Shown: piece by piece, positions 1 to 9,649 of the stretch
Layout: each line of letters starts with the position of its first letter
How positions within the stretch are numbered: the first letter of the stretch is position 1
Virus record (IMG/VR): IMGVR_UViG_2974753081_000001
Location: 72,320 to 136,319 of that record
DNA length: 64,000 nucleotides
DNA from: a virus
Taxonomy: Duplodnaviria; Caudoviricetes
Direction: 5' to 3' (one strand)
The notes under the pieces: generated by a model
Database searches by the model: none
Told to the model about the DNA's origin: nothing
What the model saw: the letters and a program-made list of their open reading frames with translations, nothing else
Translations under genes and position numbers: made by a program

Positions 1-2
1 AG

Positions 3-2264
3 TTCCTCGGTCTGCTGGAGCAGGGCATGAAGCGCCGTGTCATCGACCGTGGCCTGGACGAGGAGACCTACCGCAAGCGGTTGGAGACCGAGGTCAAGGT
101 CATCGTGGACAACCACTTCACTGGCTACTTCAACGTGGTCCACGACCTGGTGCGCGCGGCCAAGGACGACAAGGACATGTTCGTCGGTCCGGGCCGTGGT
201 TCTGCCGGTGGCGCGCTGTGTTCCTACCTCATGGGCATCACCGAGCTGGACCCGATTAAGTACGACCTGCTCTTCGAGCGGTTCCTCGCCGAGGGTCGCG
301 GCGGCTTCCCCGACATCGACATCGACTTGCAGCAGTCGCGGCTGGCCGAGGCCAAGGAGTACACCGCGCAGCGGTACGGCCACGACCACGTCTGCGGCAT
401 CGGCACCTTCACCCGCTCGGCTCCGAAGTCGATCCTCAACGACATCTGCCGCGCGATGAGCGTGCCCATCCAGGACTCCAAGGCGATCTCGAAGGCCATC
501 GGCAAGCTCCCGGCGAACGCCGCCCACACTCCGCAGCAGCGGTGGGACACGATGCTGGAGCTGAAGCACGATCGCATCCTGCCGTGGGTGCGCAAGTACC
601 CGGAGGTGTTCAGCTACGCCCAGAAGATGATCGGCATGGTCCGGCAGTCCTCGGTCCACGCTTCGGGGTGGATCATCTCGTCGGACCCGCTGACCGGCGA
701 TCTGCCGCTGCGCTCGAAGGACGGCAAGGTCGTCTCCCAGTTCGAGCAGGGAGACGTCGAGTGGCTGGGCTACGTCAAGTTCGACCTGCTGGGCATCCGG
801 CACCTGGACACGATCAAGTGGACGCTCGATGCGATCAAGGAGCGCCACGGCGTCGACATCAACCCGTATGAGTTCACCGACGCCGAGTTCTGCGACCCGG
901 CGATCTGGGACCGCATCGGCAAGGGCGACACTCTCGGGCTGTTCCAGCTGGAGGCCGACCTCATGGCGAGCACGGCCAAGAAGCACAAGCCGCAGTCTGA
1001 GCGAGAGGTCGCCGAGCTGCTGGCGATCAACCGTCCGGGCGTCATCGACGCGGGCTTGCTCCAGCCCTACATCGACCGCAAGCACGGGCGCGAGGAGGTC
1101 ACCTACGACCACCCGATGCTGGAGGAGATCGTCGGCGAGACCTACGGCATTCTGATCTACCAGGAGCAGATCATGAAGATGTCGCGGGTGATCGCCGACT
1201 TCACTCCGGCAGACGCCGACTGGCTCCGCAAGGTGGTGGGCAAGAAGAAGGTCAACGAGCTGCCCGCGCTGAAGGAGAAGTTCGTGGAGGGCGCTCGCGC
1301 CAACCGGGCGTTCATCTCGGGTTGCCACAGCAACCCTGAGGCGGTCATCCAGAAGCTCTGGACCTCGATCGAGGCGTCGGGCGAGTACCTGTTCAACAAG
1401 TCGCACTCGGTGGCCTACGCTCTCGTCGGCACCTGGGAAGCGTGGCTGCGGCACTACTACTACCCCGAGTTCATCGCTGCGTGCATGCGCTCGGACCCGG
1501 AGAAGGTGCCGCGCTACGTCCGGCATGCCGAGTTGAACGGAGTGCGCGTGTTGCCTCCGGACATCAACCAGTCTCGCCGCGACTTCGTGCTCACTGACGA
1601 CGGCGTCCGGTACGGGATGACGACGGTCAAGCACGTCGGCGACACCGCCTACGACGAGATCGTCCGGACCCGCCCGTTCGACTCGCTGGCCGACATGATG
1701 GACAAGGTCGCGAAGCGCGCCGTCGGCAAGCGCGTGATGACCAACCTGATCCGCATCGGGGCCTTCGACAAGATGAACCCGGACCGCGCTGCTGTCGAAC
1801 GCGAGTTCTACGAGCTGCGCAAGATCAAGGAGAAGGACCAGCCCGAGCTTCCCGACTACGAGGACCTGACGGCGATGTATCAGCTGGAGAAGCAGCTTGT
1901 GGGGTCCTCGATCCTGTACGACCCGCTGCGCGATCACCACCAGATGATCTCGGCGCTGTGCGTGTCGTCTCCGGACGCTCTCGACGAGCTGCGGACCGGC
2001 GATGTGGCGAAGGTCGGCGGGCTGGTCACTGCGGTCAAGCCGCACAAGACGAAGAAGGGCGAATGGATGGGGTTTCTGACCATCACATTCGACGCCGAGG
2101 ACTACGAGGTCCTGGTGTTCCCGGAGGCATGGGCGTCCTCCAAGATGCTGCTGGAGCTGGACACTCCGGTCATCGCCCGCGTTATCAAGCTGCGCGACGA
2201 CGCAGTCCATCTATCCCAGGTCCAGCGGTTGGACTGGCTCACCAGTGGCAGAGAGGCATCATGA
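3..2264 (+). CDS. dnaE: DNA polymerase III alpha subunit (5' truncated by window)
   Basis: GPGRGSAGG, FPDIDID, VKFDLLG and YLFNKSHS motifs, C-terminal OB fold; frame open from the window start. Confidence 0.97.
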   Translation, partial: FLGLLEQGMKRRVIDRGLDEETYRKRLETEVKVIVDNHFTGYFNVVHDLVRAAKDDKDMFVGPGRGSAGGALCSYLMGITELDPIKYDLLFERFLAEGRGGFPDIDIDLQQSRLAEAKEYTAQRYGHDHVCGIGTFTRSAPKSILNDICRAMSVPIQDSKAISKAIGKLPANAAHTPQQRWDTMLELKHDRILPWVRKYPEVFSYAQKMIGMVRQSSVHASGWIISSDPLTGDLPLRSKDGKVVSQFEQGDVEWLGYVKFDLLGIRHLDTIKWTLDAIKERHGVDINPYEFTDAEFCDPAIWDRIGKGDTLGLFQLEADLMASTAKKHKPQSEREVAELLAINRPGVIDAGLLQPYIDRKHGREEVTYDHPMLEEIVGETYGILIYQEQIMKMSRVIADFTPADADWLRKVVGKKKVNELPALKEKFVEGARANRAFISGCHSNPEAVIQKLWTSIEASGEYLFNKSHSVAYALVGTWEAWLRHYYYPEFIAACMRSDPEKVPRYVRHAELNGVRVLPPDINQSRRDFVLTDDGVRYGMTTVKHVGDTAYDEIVRTRPFDSLADMMDKVAKRAVGKRVMTNLIRIGAFDKMNPDRAAVEREFYELRKIKEKDQPELPDYEDLTAMYQLEKQLVGSSILYDPLRDHHQMISALCVSSPDALDELRTGDVAKVGGLVTAVKPHKTKKGEWMGFLTITFDAEDYEVLVFPEAWASSKMLLELDTPVIARVIKLRDDAVHLSQVQRLDWLTSGREAS

Positions 2265-3442
2265 CCAAGGCTGTGTTCGATGACAAGGTTGTCGAGAAAA
2301 TCAACAAGGAGTTCGGCTCCGGCTCGATCATGAAGGCGTCGGAGCTGCCGCCGATCCCGATGGTGTCGTCGGGCTCGCTCGCGCTGGACTTCGCCATCGG
2401 TGCGGGCGGCATCCCCACCAACCGCGTCGTGGAGGTCTGCGGCTCTGAGGGCGCGGGCAAGACGACGCTCGCGCTGCTCATCGCTCGGCAGATCATCGAC
2501 CGCAACCCCAAGCGCGGGCTGGTCTACATCGACCTGGAGCACAAGATCACGCCGTCGTGGATGGAGATGCTGGTCGGCTCCGAACGGATGGACAACATCA
2601 TGGTGGTCTCACCGGACAGCATCGAGCAGACCACCGAGATTTACCGGCGGCTGGTCAAGAGCGGCAAGGCGTCGATGGTCATCGTGGACTCCATCGGCGG
2701 TGCCCCGACGAACCAGGCGATGGACGACACCCGCAACGTCGCCGAGAAGGCCGCGAGCATGGGCGGCAACTCCAAGGGCGTCTCTGAGTTCGCCCGGCTG
2801 GCGAACAACCTGTCGTCCAAGTACGACTGCCTGACCGTCGGCATCAACCAGACCCGCGACGACACCAAGAGCCGCCACGGCAACATGCTCCAGACTCCCG
2901 GCGGGCACGCCTGGAAGCACGCCTGCGTGCTCCGGATCGAGCTGCGGCGCGGCAGTGAGAAGTATCAGGTGAAGCGCGGCGGCGACGAGGTCACCGTGGG
3001 CTTCGACGTCCGGGCGAAAATCCACAAGAACCAGCTGGGCGGACAGGAGGGCCGCACCTGCGAGTGGCGGTTCTTCACCGAGGCCACCGAGCAGTTCGGT
3101 CCGTTCGGTATCGACACCACCGAGGAGTGCGTGCGCCTGGCGAAGGCCGTCGGCGTCGTGACCCAGGCGGGCGCGTACTACCGGCACCCGGCGTTCCCCG
3201 ATGGCCAGGTGATGGGCGGGGCCAAGATGCTCTCACTGATCCAGGAGGACGTGAAGGTGCGCGAGGCCGTCATCGGTGACGTGATGGACGCGCTGTCCAA
3301 GGACCCGGAGAAGCTGTCGGAGATCGCACCCATCGACACCGACGAGGACGACCCGGTGAAGGGCGACGACGAGCCAGCTCCCGTCGTGGCCAGCGGCTCC
3401 GGTCCCCTCGCCGACCTCGCGGCACGGAAGGGTGAGCAGTGA
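2261..3442 (+). CDS. recA: RecA-like recombinase
   Basis: SGSLALDFAIG, Walker A GSEGAGKTT, VIVDSIG, INQTR, TPGGHAWKH; ATGA overlap with the dnaE stop. Confidence 0.95.
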   Translation: MTKAVFDDKVVEKINKEFGSGSIMKASELPPIPMVSSGSLALDFAIGAGGIPTNRVVEVCGSEGAGKTTLALLIARQIIDRNPKRGLVYIDLEHKITPSWMEMLVGSERMDNIMVVSPDSIEQTTEIYRRLVKSGKASMVIVDSIGGAPTNQAMDDTRNVAEKAASMGGNSKGVSEFARLANNLSSKYDCLTVGINQTRDDTKSRHGNMLQTPGGHAWKHACVLRIELRRGSEKYQVKRGGDEVTVGFDVRAKIHKNQLGGQEGRTCEWRFFTEATEQFGPFGIDTTEECVRLAKAVGVVTQAGAYYRHPAFPDGQVMGGAKMLSLIQEDVKVREAVIGDVMDALSKDPEKLSEIAPIDTDEDDPVKGDDEPAPVVASGSGPLADLAARKGEQ

Positions 3443-3795
3443 AGGAGCACTTCAAGGCGCACGAGGCCCACGTCTGCGACGTGCTGGAGGTCTCCCCCAC
3501 CATCGCCTCGGGCAGCAAGTGGTACGACACCGGGGACGGTGTCGACCGCGATGCCTACGCCGCATGGCCGATCCAGTTCGATGCGAAATGCACCATTCAG
3601 CGGTCGTACTCGATCCAGCGCGGCTTCATGGCCGGGGCGGTCCGCAAGGCAGTGGAGTCCGGCAAGCGATTCCTGCTCCCGCTGCGCTTCGTGGACGACG
3701 ACGGCCAGCACGGCGACTACGTCGTGATGCCCCTGGACGACTACGCAGAACTGCTGGCGACGGCTCGGGCCTACTGGTCCGAGCATGAGGGGTGA
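3439..3795 (+). CDS. Putative Holliday junction resolvase / PD-(D/E)XK nuclease
   Basis: ASGS..(D)..DAKCT nuclease-like motif, directly after recA. Confidence 0.55.
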   Translation: MKEHFKAHEAHVCDVLEVSPTIASGSKWYDTGDGVDRDAYAAWPIQFDAKCTIQRSYSIQRGFMAGAVRKAVESGKRFLLPLRFVDDDGQHGDYVVMPLDDYAELLATARAYWSEHEG

Positions 3796-4022
3796 TGGAC
3801 GTGGGGATGGGACCAGCGGACATCCTCGGCGATATCGAACGGGCCACCACCGAGGGGTGGACGTTCACCGTCGAGCGCGAGCAGTCCTCCGACAACACCC
3901 GGCTGCGCTTCGAGGTGGCGATGGTCCATCCCGACTGTGACCCGTCGCTACTGACGAGCCGCGCGACGTCGCTGAAGGGGGCGTTCGCCAAGGTGCTGAT
4001 GAAGTGGTCGGACCAGCCATGA
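3792..4022 (+). CDS. Hypothetical protein
   Basis: Translationally coupled ORF between nuclease genes. Confidence 0.6.
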   Translation: MMDVGMGPADILGDIERATTEGWTFTVEREQSSDNTRLRFEVAMVHPDCDPSLLTSRATSLKGAFAKVLMKWSDQP

Positions 4023-4882
4023 CGTTGAAGAACATTCTCAATTCGCTGCAGTCCAGGCAGATCGTCATGCCCTACCTGGAGAACGCCTTCCACCAGGACG
4101 AGTGGCCGGATGAGTACAGCATCCTGGTCGACTCCGAGGACTACTACGGCCTGACCGACGAGGAAGGCGTCACGCATCCGACGGGGCCGGGCGACGGGTA
4201 CTTCCACCCGTCCTCGCACCCGCTGATGACGGCTCGGGAGCTGTACTACCGGTACCACCCCGATCTCGCCGGTCTCGTGGTGCCGGAGCGCCGGAGCTTG
4301 ACGAGCCACATGACGCTGGCTGCGGGCACGGCTATGCACGCGGTGATCCAGACCCAGCTGTACATGGCGGGCATCCTCATGCGTGGCGAGACCGACGAGG
4401 ACTTCGAGTGGACGCCGCAGCCGGAAAATCCCGACGTCGTCGGTCGCTGGGTGAAGAAAAATCCCTACGAGTGGGAGTACATCAACCGTCGGCACATGGT
4501 CCGAGGGCGGATGGATGGTCGGCTGCGGCATCCGCAGGGCGAGATCGGCTTCGAGTTCAAGAGCCAGAACTCGCGCGCCTTTCGGTTCCAGGACGTCGAG
4601 AAGGACGAGTGGAAGTACCAGACCAACCTCGGGCTCGACGCCTGCGGGCTCGACCGAGGTGTGGTCCTGGTGATGGAGCTTGGGTATCCCTTCAACTTCA
4701 AGGAGTTCCCGATCACGCGCAACACCACGCTGCTTGACGAGGTGTACGGCAAGTTCGACTACGTGCGCGAGTGCGTCGCCAACAACACCCCGCCACGCTG
4801 TGAGCACTCCTACCTGAGCCCCAAGGCCAAGAACTGCCCGGTCGGGCACCTCTGCTACCAACAGACGGAGATCGAGTCATGA
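4019..4882 (+). CDS. Cas4/RecB-like PD-(D/E)XK exonuclease
   Basis: PSS...GTAMH...GRMDG...EFKS and Q..Y-like motifs, C-terminal cysteines. Confidence 0.75.
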   Translation: MTLKNILNSLQSRQIVMPYLENAFHQDEWPDEYSILVDSEDYYGLTDEEGVTHPTGPGDGYFHPSSHPLMTARELYYRYHPDLAGLVVPERRSLTSHMTLAAGTAMHAVIQTQLYMAGILMRGETDEDFEWTPQPENPDVVGRWVKKNPYEWEYINRRHMVRGRMDGRLRHPQGEIGFEFKSQNSRAFRFQDVEKDEWKYQTNLGLDACGLDRGVVLVMELGYPFNFKEFPITRNTTLLDEVYGKFDYVRECVANNTPPRCEHSYLSPKAKNCPVGHLCYQQTEIES

Positions 4883-5595
4883 GGCACATCGGCGACATCG
4901 CAGACAAGGCCGGTCGCGAGCTGCAGGAGGAGCACGAGCGCATCGTCTCCGAGCGCCCGGTCCCGTTCGACGAGGACCCCAAGATCATGGAGAAGAAGGG
5001 GGTCGGGGTCTTCGGCAAGCTGAAGTTCGAGTGGCGCGACTCCGACCGGATGATCCTGGATCAGATTCGTGCTGCTGCCCAGCGCGCATTCATCGAGGGG
5101 TTCGGCGATTCGCTGCGCGTGCTCGACCGGCTCTACGAGGCCGTCCGGGTGCCGGAGGCCAACGAGCACGGCGTGGTGAAGGTCGACCAGGACGGGCGTC
5201 CGGTCTGGCAGACCGACTCCGACGGGCGGTACCTGGAGGACTGGGACAACCTCACCGGCCAGGACATCGAGCGGTGTCTGTTCGATCTCTCGCGCATCCG
5301 GCTCTACGTCGGTCCACAGGTCAACGAGTTGCTGATGGAGGCGATGTTCGCCAAGCGCATCCACCGCGACATCCACGACGACGCCTACCTCGGCCCGGTC
5401 CAGGGCACCGTGGCCGACCGCACCGCCCAGGCGAATCGCAAGTCTCGACAGGACGACTACCAGGCGTTCTACCGGTACATGTTATGGTCGCAAGGAGATA
5501 CGTTCCTGAAGGAACTCGGCAATATGCAGAGGACCTTGGAGCGTTTCCGCGAGTGGGGGATTCGAGGACAACAGGGGTATGGCAACAGAAGGTGA
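4879..5595 (+). CDS. Hypothetical protein
   Basis: 238-aa ORF coupled to the exonuclease stop, phage-like codon use. Confidence 0.75.
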   Translation: MRHIGDIADKAGRELQEEHERIVSERPVPFDEDPKIMEKKGVGVFGKLKFEWRDSDRMILDQIRAAAQRAFIEGFGDSLRVLDRLYEAVRVPEANEHGVVKVDQDGRPVWQTDSDGRYLEDWDNLTGQDIERCLFDLSRIRLYVGPQVNELLMEAMFAKRIHRDIHDDAYLGPVQGTVADRTAQANRKSRQDDYQAFYRYMLWSQGDTFLKELGNMQRTLERFREWGIRGQQGYGNRR

Positions 5596-6166
5596 TTGGA
5601 CTCCTGTTCCGGGATTCCCTGGCTACGAGGCGTCGGCTGAACTAGGCCGGGTGCGGTCCCTGGATCGGTTAGATGCCAGAGGGCATCGCCGTAAAGGCGT
5701 GGTTTTGAAGGGCACTCAGCAGGTCCGAAAAGGGGCCGGTGGCCGTCTTCGCATGGGGCCGTTGATGGTCAGCTTGTCGAAGGACGGGAGGTCTCGGCCT
5801 TACTTGGTCCATCGAATTATTTTGCTGACTTTCGTTGGTCCGTGTCCTGAAGGTATGGAGGGGCTGCATCACAATGGTGACGCCACGGACAATCGCCTGG
5901 TGAATCTGCGCTGGGGTACCTCGGTCGAGAACAAGGCCGATATGGTACGGCTCGGAGAGAATTTCAACGCCAACAAGGAGAGGTGTCCGCGAGGCCATCT
6001 TTTGCGCACTCCCAATCTGGTCCGTGGACCGGGAAGGGCTTGTCTGTCGTGTGCTCGCGCTCGGGCGTATCTTCACTACTACCCTGAGAGGTCAGGGGAT
6101 CTGCAGGCGGAGTCTGATCGTCGGTATGCGGAACTAGAACTGGAAGTGGGCGCTGATGAGCGATAG
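5579..6166 (+). CDS. NUMOD4-HNH homing endonuclease
   Basis: W.PVPGFPGYEAS..GRVRS (NUMOD4), VHRIILLTFVGPCP...HHNG...DNRLVNLRW (HNH), CPRGH..CLSC; AT-richer codon use. Confidence 0.92.
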   Translation: MATEGDWTPVPGFPGYEASAELGRVRSLDRLDARGHRRKGVVLKGTQQVRKGAGGRLRMGPLMVSLSKDGRSRPYLVHRIILLTFVGPCPEGMEGLHHNGDATDNRLVNLRWGTSVENKADMVRLGENFNANKERCPRGHLLRTPNLVRGPGRACLSCARARAYLHYYPERSGDLQAESDRRYAELELEVGADER

Positions 6167-6941
6167 TCCGGACATCTCCGGTCACAAGCTGCGGCAGCTG
6201 AGGAGCGCCGCTGCGAAGGAGGGCAACCTCGACAAGGCAGTGGTCGAGGAGATCGCCAACCTCACCGAGGAGCACCGGCTGTATGTGTTCCGACCCGAGA
6301 CCCGCTGCCGGGTGTGCAACTCGGACTCGGCGGCGGCGGTGAACAAGATGCTCGCGCATGCCTTCACCTACACCGACATCCTGCGCACGCTGGAGCCGGT
6401 CAACAACGTGCTCCCCGACGACCTGAAGATCACCTACAGCTCCATCTGGAATCACGCCAAGCGCCACTTCCCCATCGAGGAGACGGCCAACGCGGTCTAT
6501 CGGCGCATCGTGGAGAAGCGCGCCGAGGAGATGGAAGTCGACTTCGTCAAGGGCGTCAATGGCGCGCTGACCCCGCTCGCCTACCTCGAAGTGATGATGT
6601 ACAAGGGCTACGAGAGCATGGTCGACACCGACACCGTGATCAACCCGGTCGACGGTGCTCGCGCGGCGGAGAAGCTGGCGCAGCTCACTCGCGAGATCAA
6701 CGACCAGTCCGGCGACATGGCCGACACGATGGTCAAGTTCGAGCGCCTGGTCGAGGCGGTCAAGTCCAGCGTCCCCGAGCGGTACTGGCAGATCATCCTG
6801 GATGCCCTCGACGACACCCAGGGCGGCTACGGTTCGAACGTGCTCGACGCCGAGGTCGAGGAGATCGAGGCTGCGGGTTACGACCCCGGCGACCCGGACC
6901 TCATCCCCGACGACCCAGGACTAGATGATGGCCGTTACTGA
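6156..6941 (+). CDS. Hypothetical protein (CxxC, acidic tail)
   Basis: 261-aa ORF with strong GC3 bias. Confidence 0.75.
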   Translation: MSDSPDISGHKLRQLRSAAAKEGNLDKAVVEEIANLTEEHRLYVFRPETRCRVCNSDSAAAVNKMLAHAFTYTDILRTLEPVNNVLPDDLKITYSSIWNHAKRHFPIEETANAVYRRIVEKRAEEMEVDFVKGVNGALTPLAYLEVMMYKGYESMVDTDTVINPVDGARAAEKLAQLTREINDQSGDMADTMVKFERLVEAVKSSVPERYWQIILDALDDTQGGYGSNVLDAEVEEIEAAGYDPGDPDLIPDDPGLDDGRY

Positions 6942-8013
6942 TCTACCGCTGCCCGCTACCTCCGTGGACCTGGAGCGGGTCAGCGTGATCTCGTCCACCC
7001 CGCTGGATGCGGCCACCGACGAGCCGGGGCGCGGGGGCATCTTCTCCGCGTCCGGTCTCGCCGCCGGGCGTCTGTTCCACGTCCATGCCTGCCAGGACAC
7101 GTTCCTGCTGTCGTATGCGACGAGCTGGACGGCAGGCACGCCTGCGGCCAACGCTCCGGGGCAGTGGTCGGCCAAGACCGTGCTGAAGCGCCCCACGTTC
7201 TGGTGGGCCAATCCGTCGGCGGCGGGCTCGGCCATCGGCGGCATCTCGGGATATGGCACCACTCCTGGCTTGCTCTACCCCCAGGGGGCGGCGGACTTGG
7301 TGATCGCCTCGGCCACCTCGGTGGACGACCTGGTGGTCTATCTCGGTTCGCACAAGGGCGGCGACTTCACGGCGGTGTATCGAGTGGAGCGGGGAGTGAC
7401 GCAGTTCCTCGGCTCCACCTGGCTGACCCCCATCGATCTGACGACGAAGGTCGTGCGGTGGCGGCGAGGCGTACATGCGTTCGGTGGCTCCATCTTCGTG
7501 GCGGGGTGTGGCTCAGACAACGCGCTGTACCTGATGAAGATGCCTCTGGGACTGCGCGCCGACGCCCCTAGCGCCATCGGCGGTCGCGGTCAGACCTACC
7601 TCAGCGAGAAGGGGTGGGAGATTCCGCCGGAGTCGGCGGCTCCGCTGCGGGACTCCGTGGGCGCTCCGGTGACGAGCGTGGGGCCGGTGAGCTTCGCCTA
7701 CTTCCGTGAACAGTGGATCATGAGCACCGTGGCCGACGGCGGGTCCAACTGGGAGGGCCGGTTCTATCAGGCGATGCATCCGCTGCGGGGCTGGCACCGG
7801 CTGCCGACGACGGTCAACCTCGGGGCCAAGACTCAGGACCCGCTGGTGTGTGGGGTGTGGCTGCAAGACCAGGTGAACCCGAATCCGGCGCTCGTCTCAG
7901 CGGTCACGACGGGCGACCATCGGGGTGCTCTGGCGTACACCTACACCGCCGAGACGTCGACCGCTCTCCGGACGAACTGGGGCCTGCTGCCCGTCCCGAA
8001 TCCGCGTCTCTGA
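6925..8013 (+). CDS. Hypothetical protein, possibly virion-associated
   Basis: 362-aa Gly/Ser/Thr/Trp-rich ORF, beta-rich character. Confidence 0.65.
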   Translation: MMAVTDLPLPATSVDLERVSVISSTPLDAATDEPGRGGIFSASGLAAGRLFHVHACQDTFLLSYATSWTAGTPAANAPGQWSAKTVLKRPTFWWANPSAAGSAIGGISGYGTTPGLLYPQGAADLVIASATSVDDLVVYLGSHKGGDFTAVYRVERGVTQFLGSTWLTPIDLTTKVVRWRRGVHAFGGSIFVAGCGSDNALYLMKMPLGLRADAPSAIGGRGQTYLSEKGWEIPPESAAPLRDSVGAPVTSVGPVSFAYFREQWIMSTVADGGSNWEGRFYQAMHPLRGWHRLPTTVNLGAKTQDPLVCGVWLQDQVNPNPALVSAVTTGDHRGALAYTYTAETSTALRTNWGLLPVPNPRL

Positions 8014-8116
8014 TCGCTACCTGAAAGAAAAAATATCGGGTACGGTGGTACAAGCGAGGACAGGCCGAGGGGCCGCTATCTCGCTAAAAAATACTCACCG
8101 ACCAAGGAGATTTGCC

Positions 8117-9253
8117 TTGTCAGGACACATGAAGGTGGCCGACATCCAGCCGCTGCTGGAGCGCAACGAGCGCCACATCACGGCTCGGTTGCACGACATC
8201 ACGGTGGACGAGGGTGGCCGCGAGCTGCGGCTGGTGAGCGAGGACGGGACCGACGAGTCCTTCCCGCTCGACGAGGTGGCCGAGCGTCATCTCGGGCAGT
8301 ACCTGGACGTCAGCCCGGTCTACCTGAAGAAGTGCCCGTCCACGCTGAAGGCCACCAACCTCAACTACTGGCTGCACCAACAGGATCGCGAGCAGGGTGA
8401 GGCCACTCTCGTCGTCGGCCCGGACGGCATTGAGAACATCTACTCGCCGGACAAGACGGTCGTGGCCATCCCGCGCATCGCGGAGTTCATCCACCGCACG
8501 TTCAATGGCGAGGACGAGATCGTCAACCTGATCTCCGAGCCCGGTACGTTCCATGCCGACATCATGGTGAACTCGTCGCGCATCGAGGTGCCCGGCAACG
8601 GTCTCGGCGACCGCCCGGACGAGACCGGGCGCATCACGCAGTTCGGCGCGGGCATCGATCCCCTGGACACCCCCGAGGAGCGCGAGCAGAAGCTGGCGCA
8701 GGCTCGGGCCACCCAGGTGTTCGACATCACCCACGGCGGCGTCCGGATCATCGCTGATCCCGGCAAGAGCAAGGCTCCGGTCGTCGAGCGGTACTTCAAC
8801 CGGCTCATCTGCACCAACGGCATGACCATGCCGGTGCCGGATCACTCGATCACCGTGCGCGGCAAGACGGTCGATGAGGTCATCCAGTCGATGGAGGAGG
8901 CGGCGGAGTTCCTGCTGGGGTCGATGGACGATGCCCTGGAGGAGTACAAGGCGCTGTCGGAGGTCATCGTGCCGGGCAACCCGCTGCTGTTCATCCAGCA
9001 GCTCGGTCGCGAGCAGGGGCTCCCCGATCGCATCATCCAGCAGGCGATGGACTACGCGGGCGGCGCGGGCTTCGGTCGCACCGACAGGGACGTGACGTCG
9101 TTCGACGTGATGCAGATTTTCACCGGCCTGGCCAACCGCAGCGGCGTTCGGTACTCGACTCAGCGTCGGCTGCAGAACACCGCAGGTCTGTTCGTACATC
9201 GCGGAGACGACCTGCTGCATCGCTGCACTCAGTGCGAGCGCCCGCTGCTCTGA
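8117..9253 (+). CDS. DUF932-like protein
   Basis: RLICTNGM motif, C-terminal CxxC; TTG start after CCGACCAAGGAG. Confidence 0.6.
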   Translation: MSGHMKVADIQPLLERNERHITARLHDITVDEGGRELRLVSEDGTDESFPLDEVAERHLGQYLDVSPVYLKKCPSTLKATNLNYWLHQQDREQGEATLVVGPDGIENIYSPDKTVVAIPRIAEFIHRTFNGEDEIVNLISEPGTFHADIMVNSSRIEVPGNGLGDRPDETGRITQFGAGIDPLDTPEEREQKLAQARATQVFDITHGGVRIIADPGKSKAPVVERYFNRLICTNGMTMPVPDHSITVRGKTVDEVIQSMEEAAEFLLGSMDDALEEYKALSEVIVPGNPLLFIQQLGREQGLPDRIIQQAMDYAGGAGFGRTDRDVTSFDVMQIFTGLANRSGVRYSTQRRLQNTAGLFVHRGDDLLHRCTQCERPLL

Positions 9254-9272
9254 TCGGATTCCCCGGTCAGGT

Positions 9273-9298
9273 GTAACGATCTGGCCGGGGTAAGCGAT
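9273..9298 (+). promoter_or_regulatory. SigD-like promoter
   Basis: GTAACG-N17-GAT upstream of the tRNA region. Confidence 0.7.
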
Positions 9299-9416
9299 AC
9301 TCCTACCGACCCAGTGACTACCGGCGACACCCTCCACCCAACACATGCCGTCGGACTCGCGGGTCCGAACAACTGAATAGCGGGGCGCGTTCCTTAGCCG
9401 GGGGCGCGTCCGCAAT

Positions 9417-9489
9417 GCCCTGCTAGCTCACCGGACAGAGCAGCCGTTTCCTAGGCGGCGGGTACCAGGTTCGATTCCTGGGTGGGGCA
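9417..9489 (+). tRNA. tRNA-Arg(CCT)
   Basis: Cloverleaf: GCCCTGC/GTGGGGC acceptor, GCTC/GAGC D stem, GCCGT-TTCCTAG-GCGGC anticodon arm, CCAGG-TTCGATT-CCTGG T arm; CCA not encoded. Confidence 0.9.
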
Positions 9490-9490
9490 C

Positions 9491-9600
9491 GGGGCGGTAT
9501 TGGAGGAGTCATGACCTTCGTTCCGCCAGGGGCGCTCGGACGCGGGCGTGGCAAAGGAAGGACGAAATCCCGACGAGGTGGTTCGAATCCACCAGCCCCA
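9491..9600 (+). ncRNA. tRNA-like element with expanded anticodon region
   Basis: GGGGCGG-TA 5' end, perfect T arm GGTGG-TTCGAAT-CCACC, AGCCCCA 3' end, CCTTC/GAAGG helix enclosing about 37 nt. Confidence 0.45.
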
Positions 9601-9649
9601 CGATGGCGAGCGAGGGCTCGTCACACTCCCCGACCAAAGGAAAAATCTC

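Noticed and set aside
3-3442. Inteins or introns in dnaE or recA
   Set aside because: Conserved motifs are normally spaced, with no intein C/S...HN signatures or LAGLIDADG insert in the visible part
4019-4882. Cas4-like gene as part of a CRISPR system
   Set aside because: Solo PD-(D/E)XK exonuclease in a recA/dnaE recombination block, which is common in phages
9491-9603. tmRNA
   Set aside because: Only about 110 nt, with no tag ORF or pseudoknot region and no G3-U70-type acceptor
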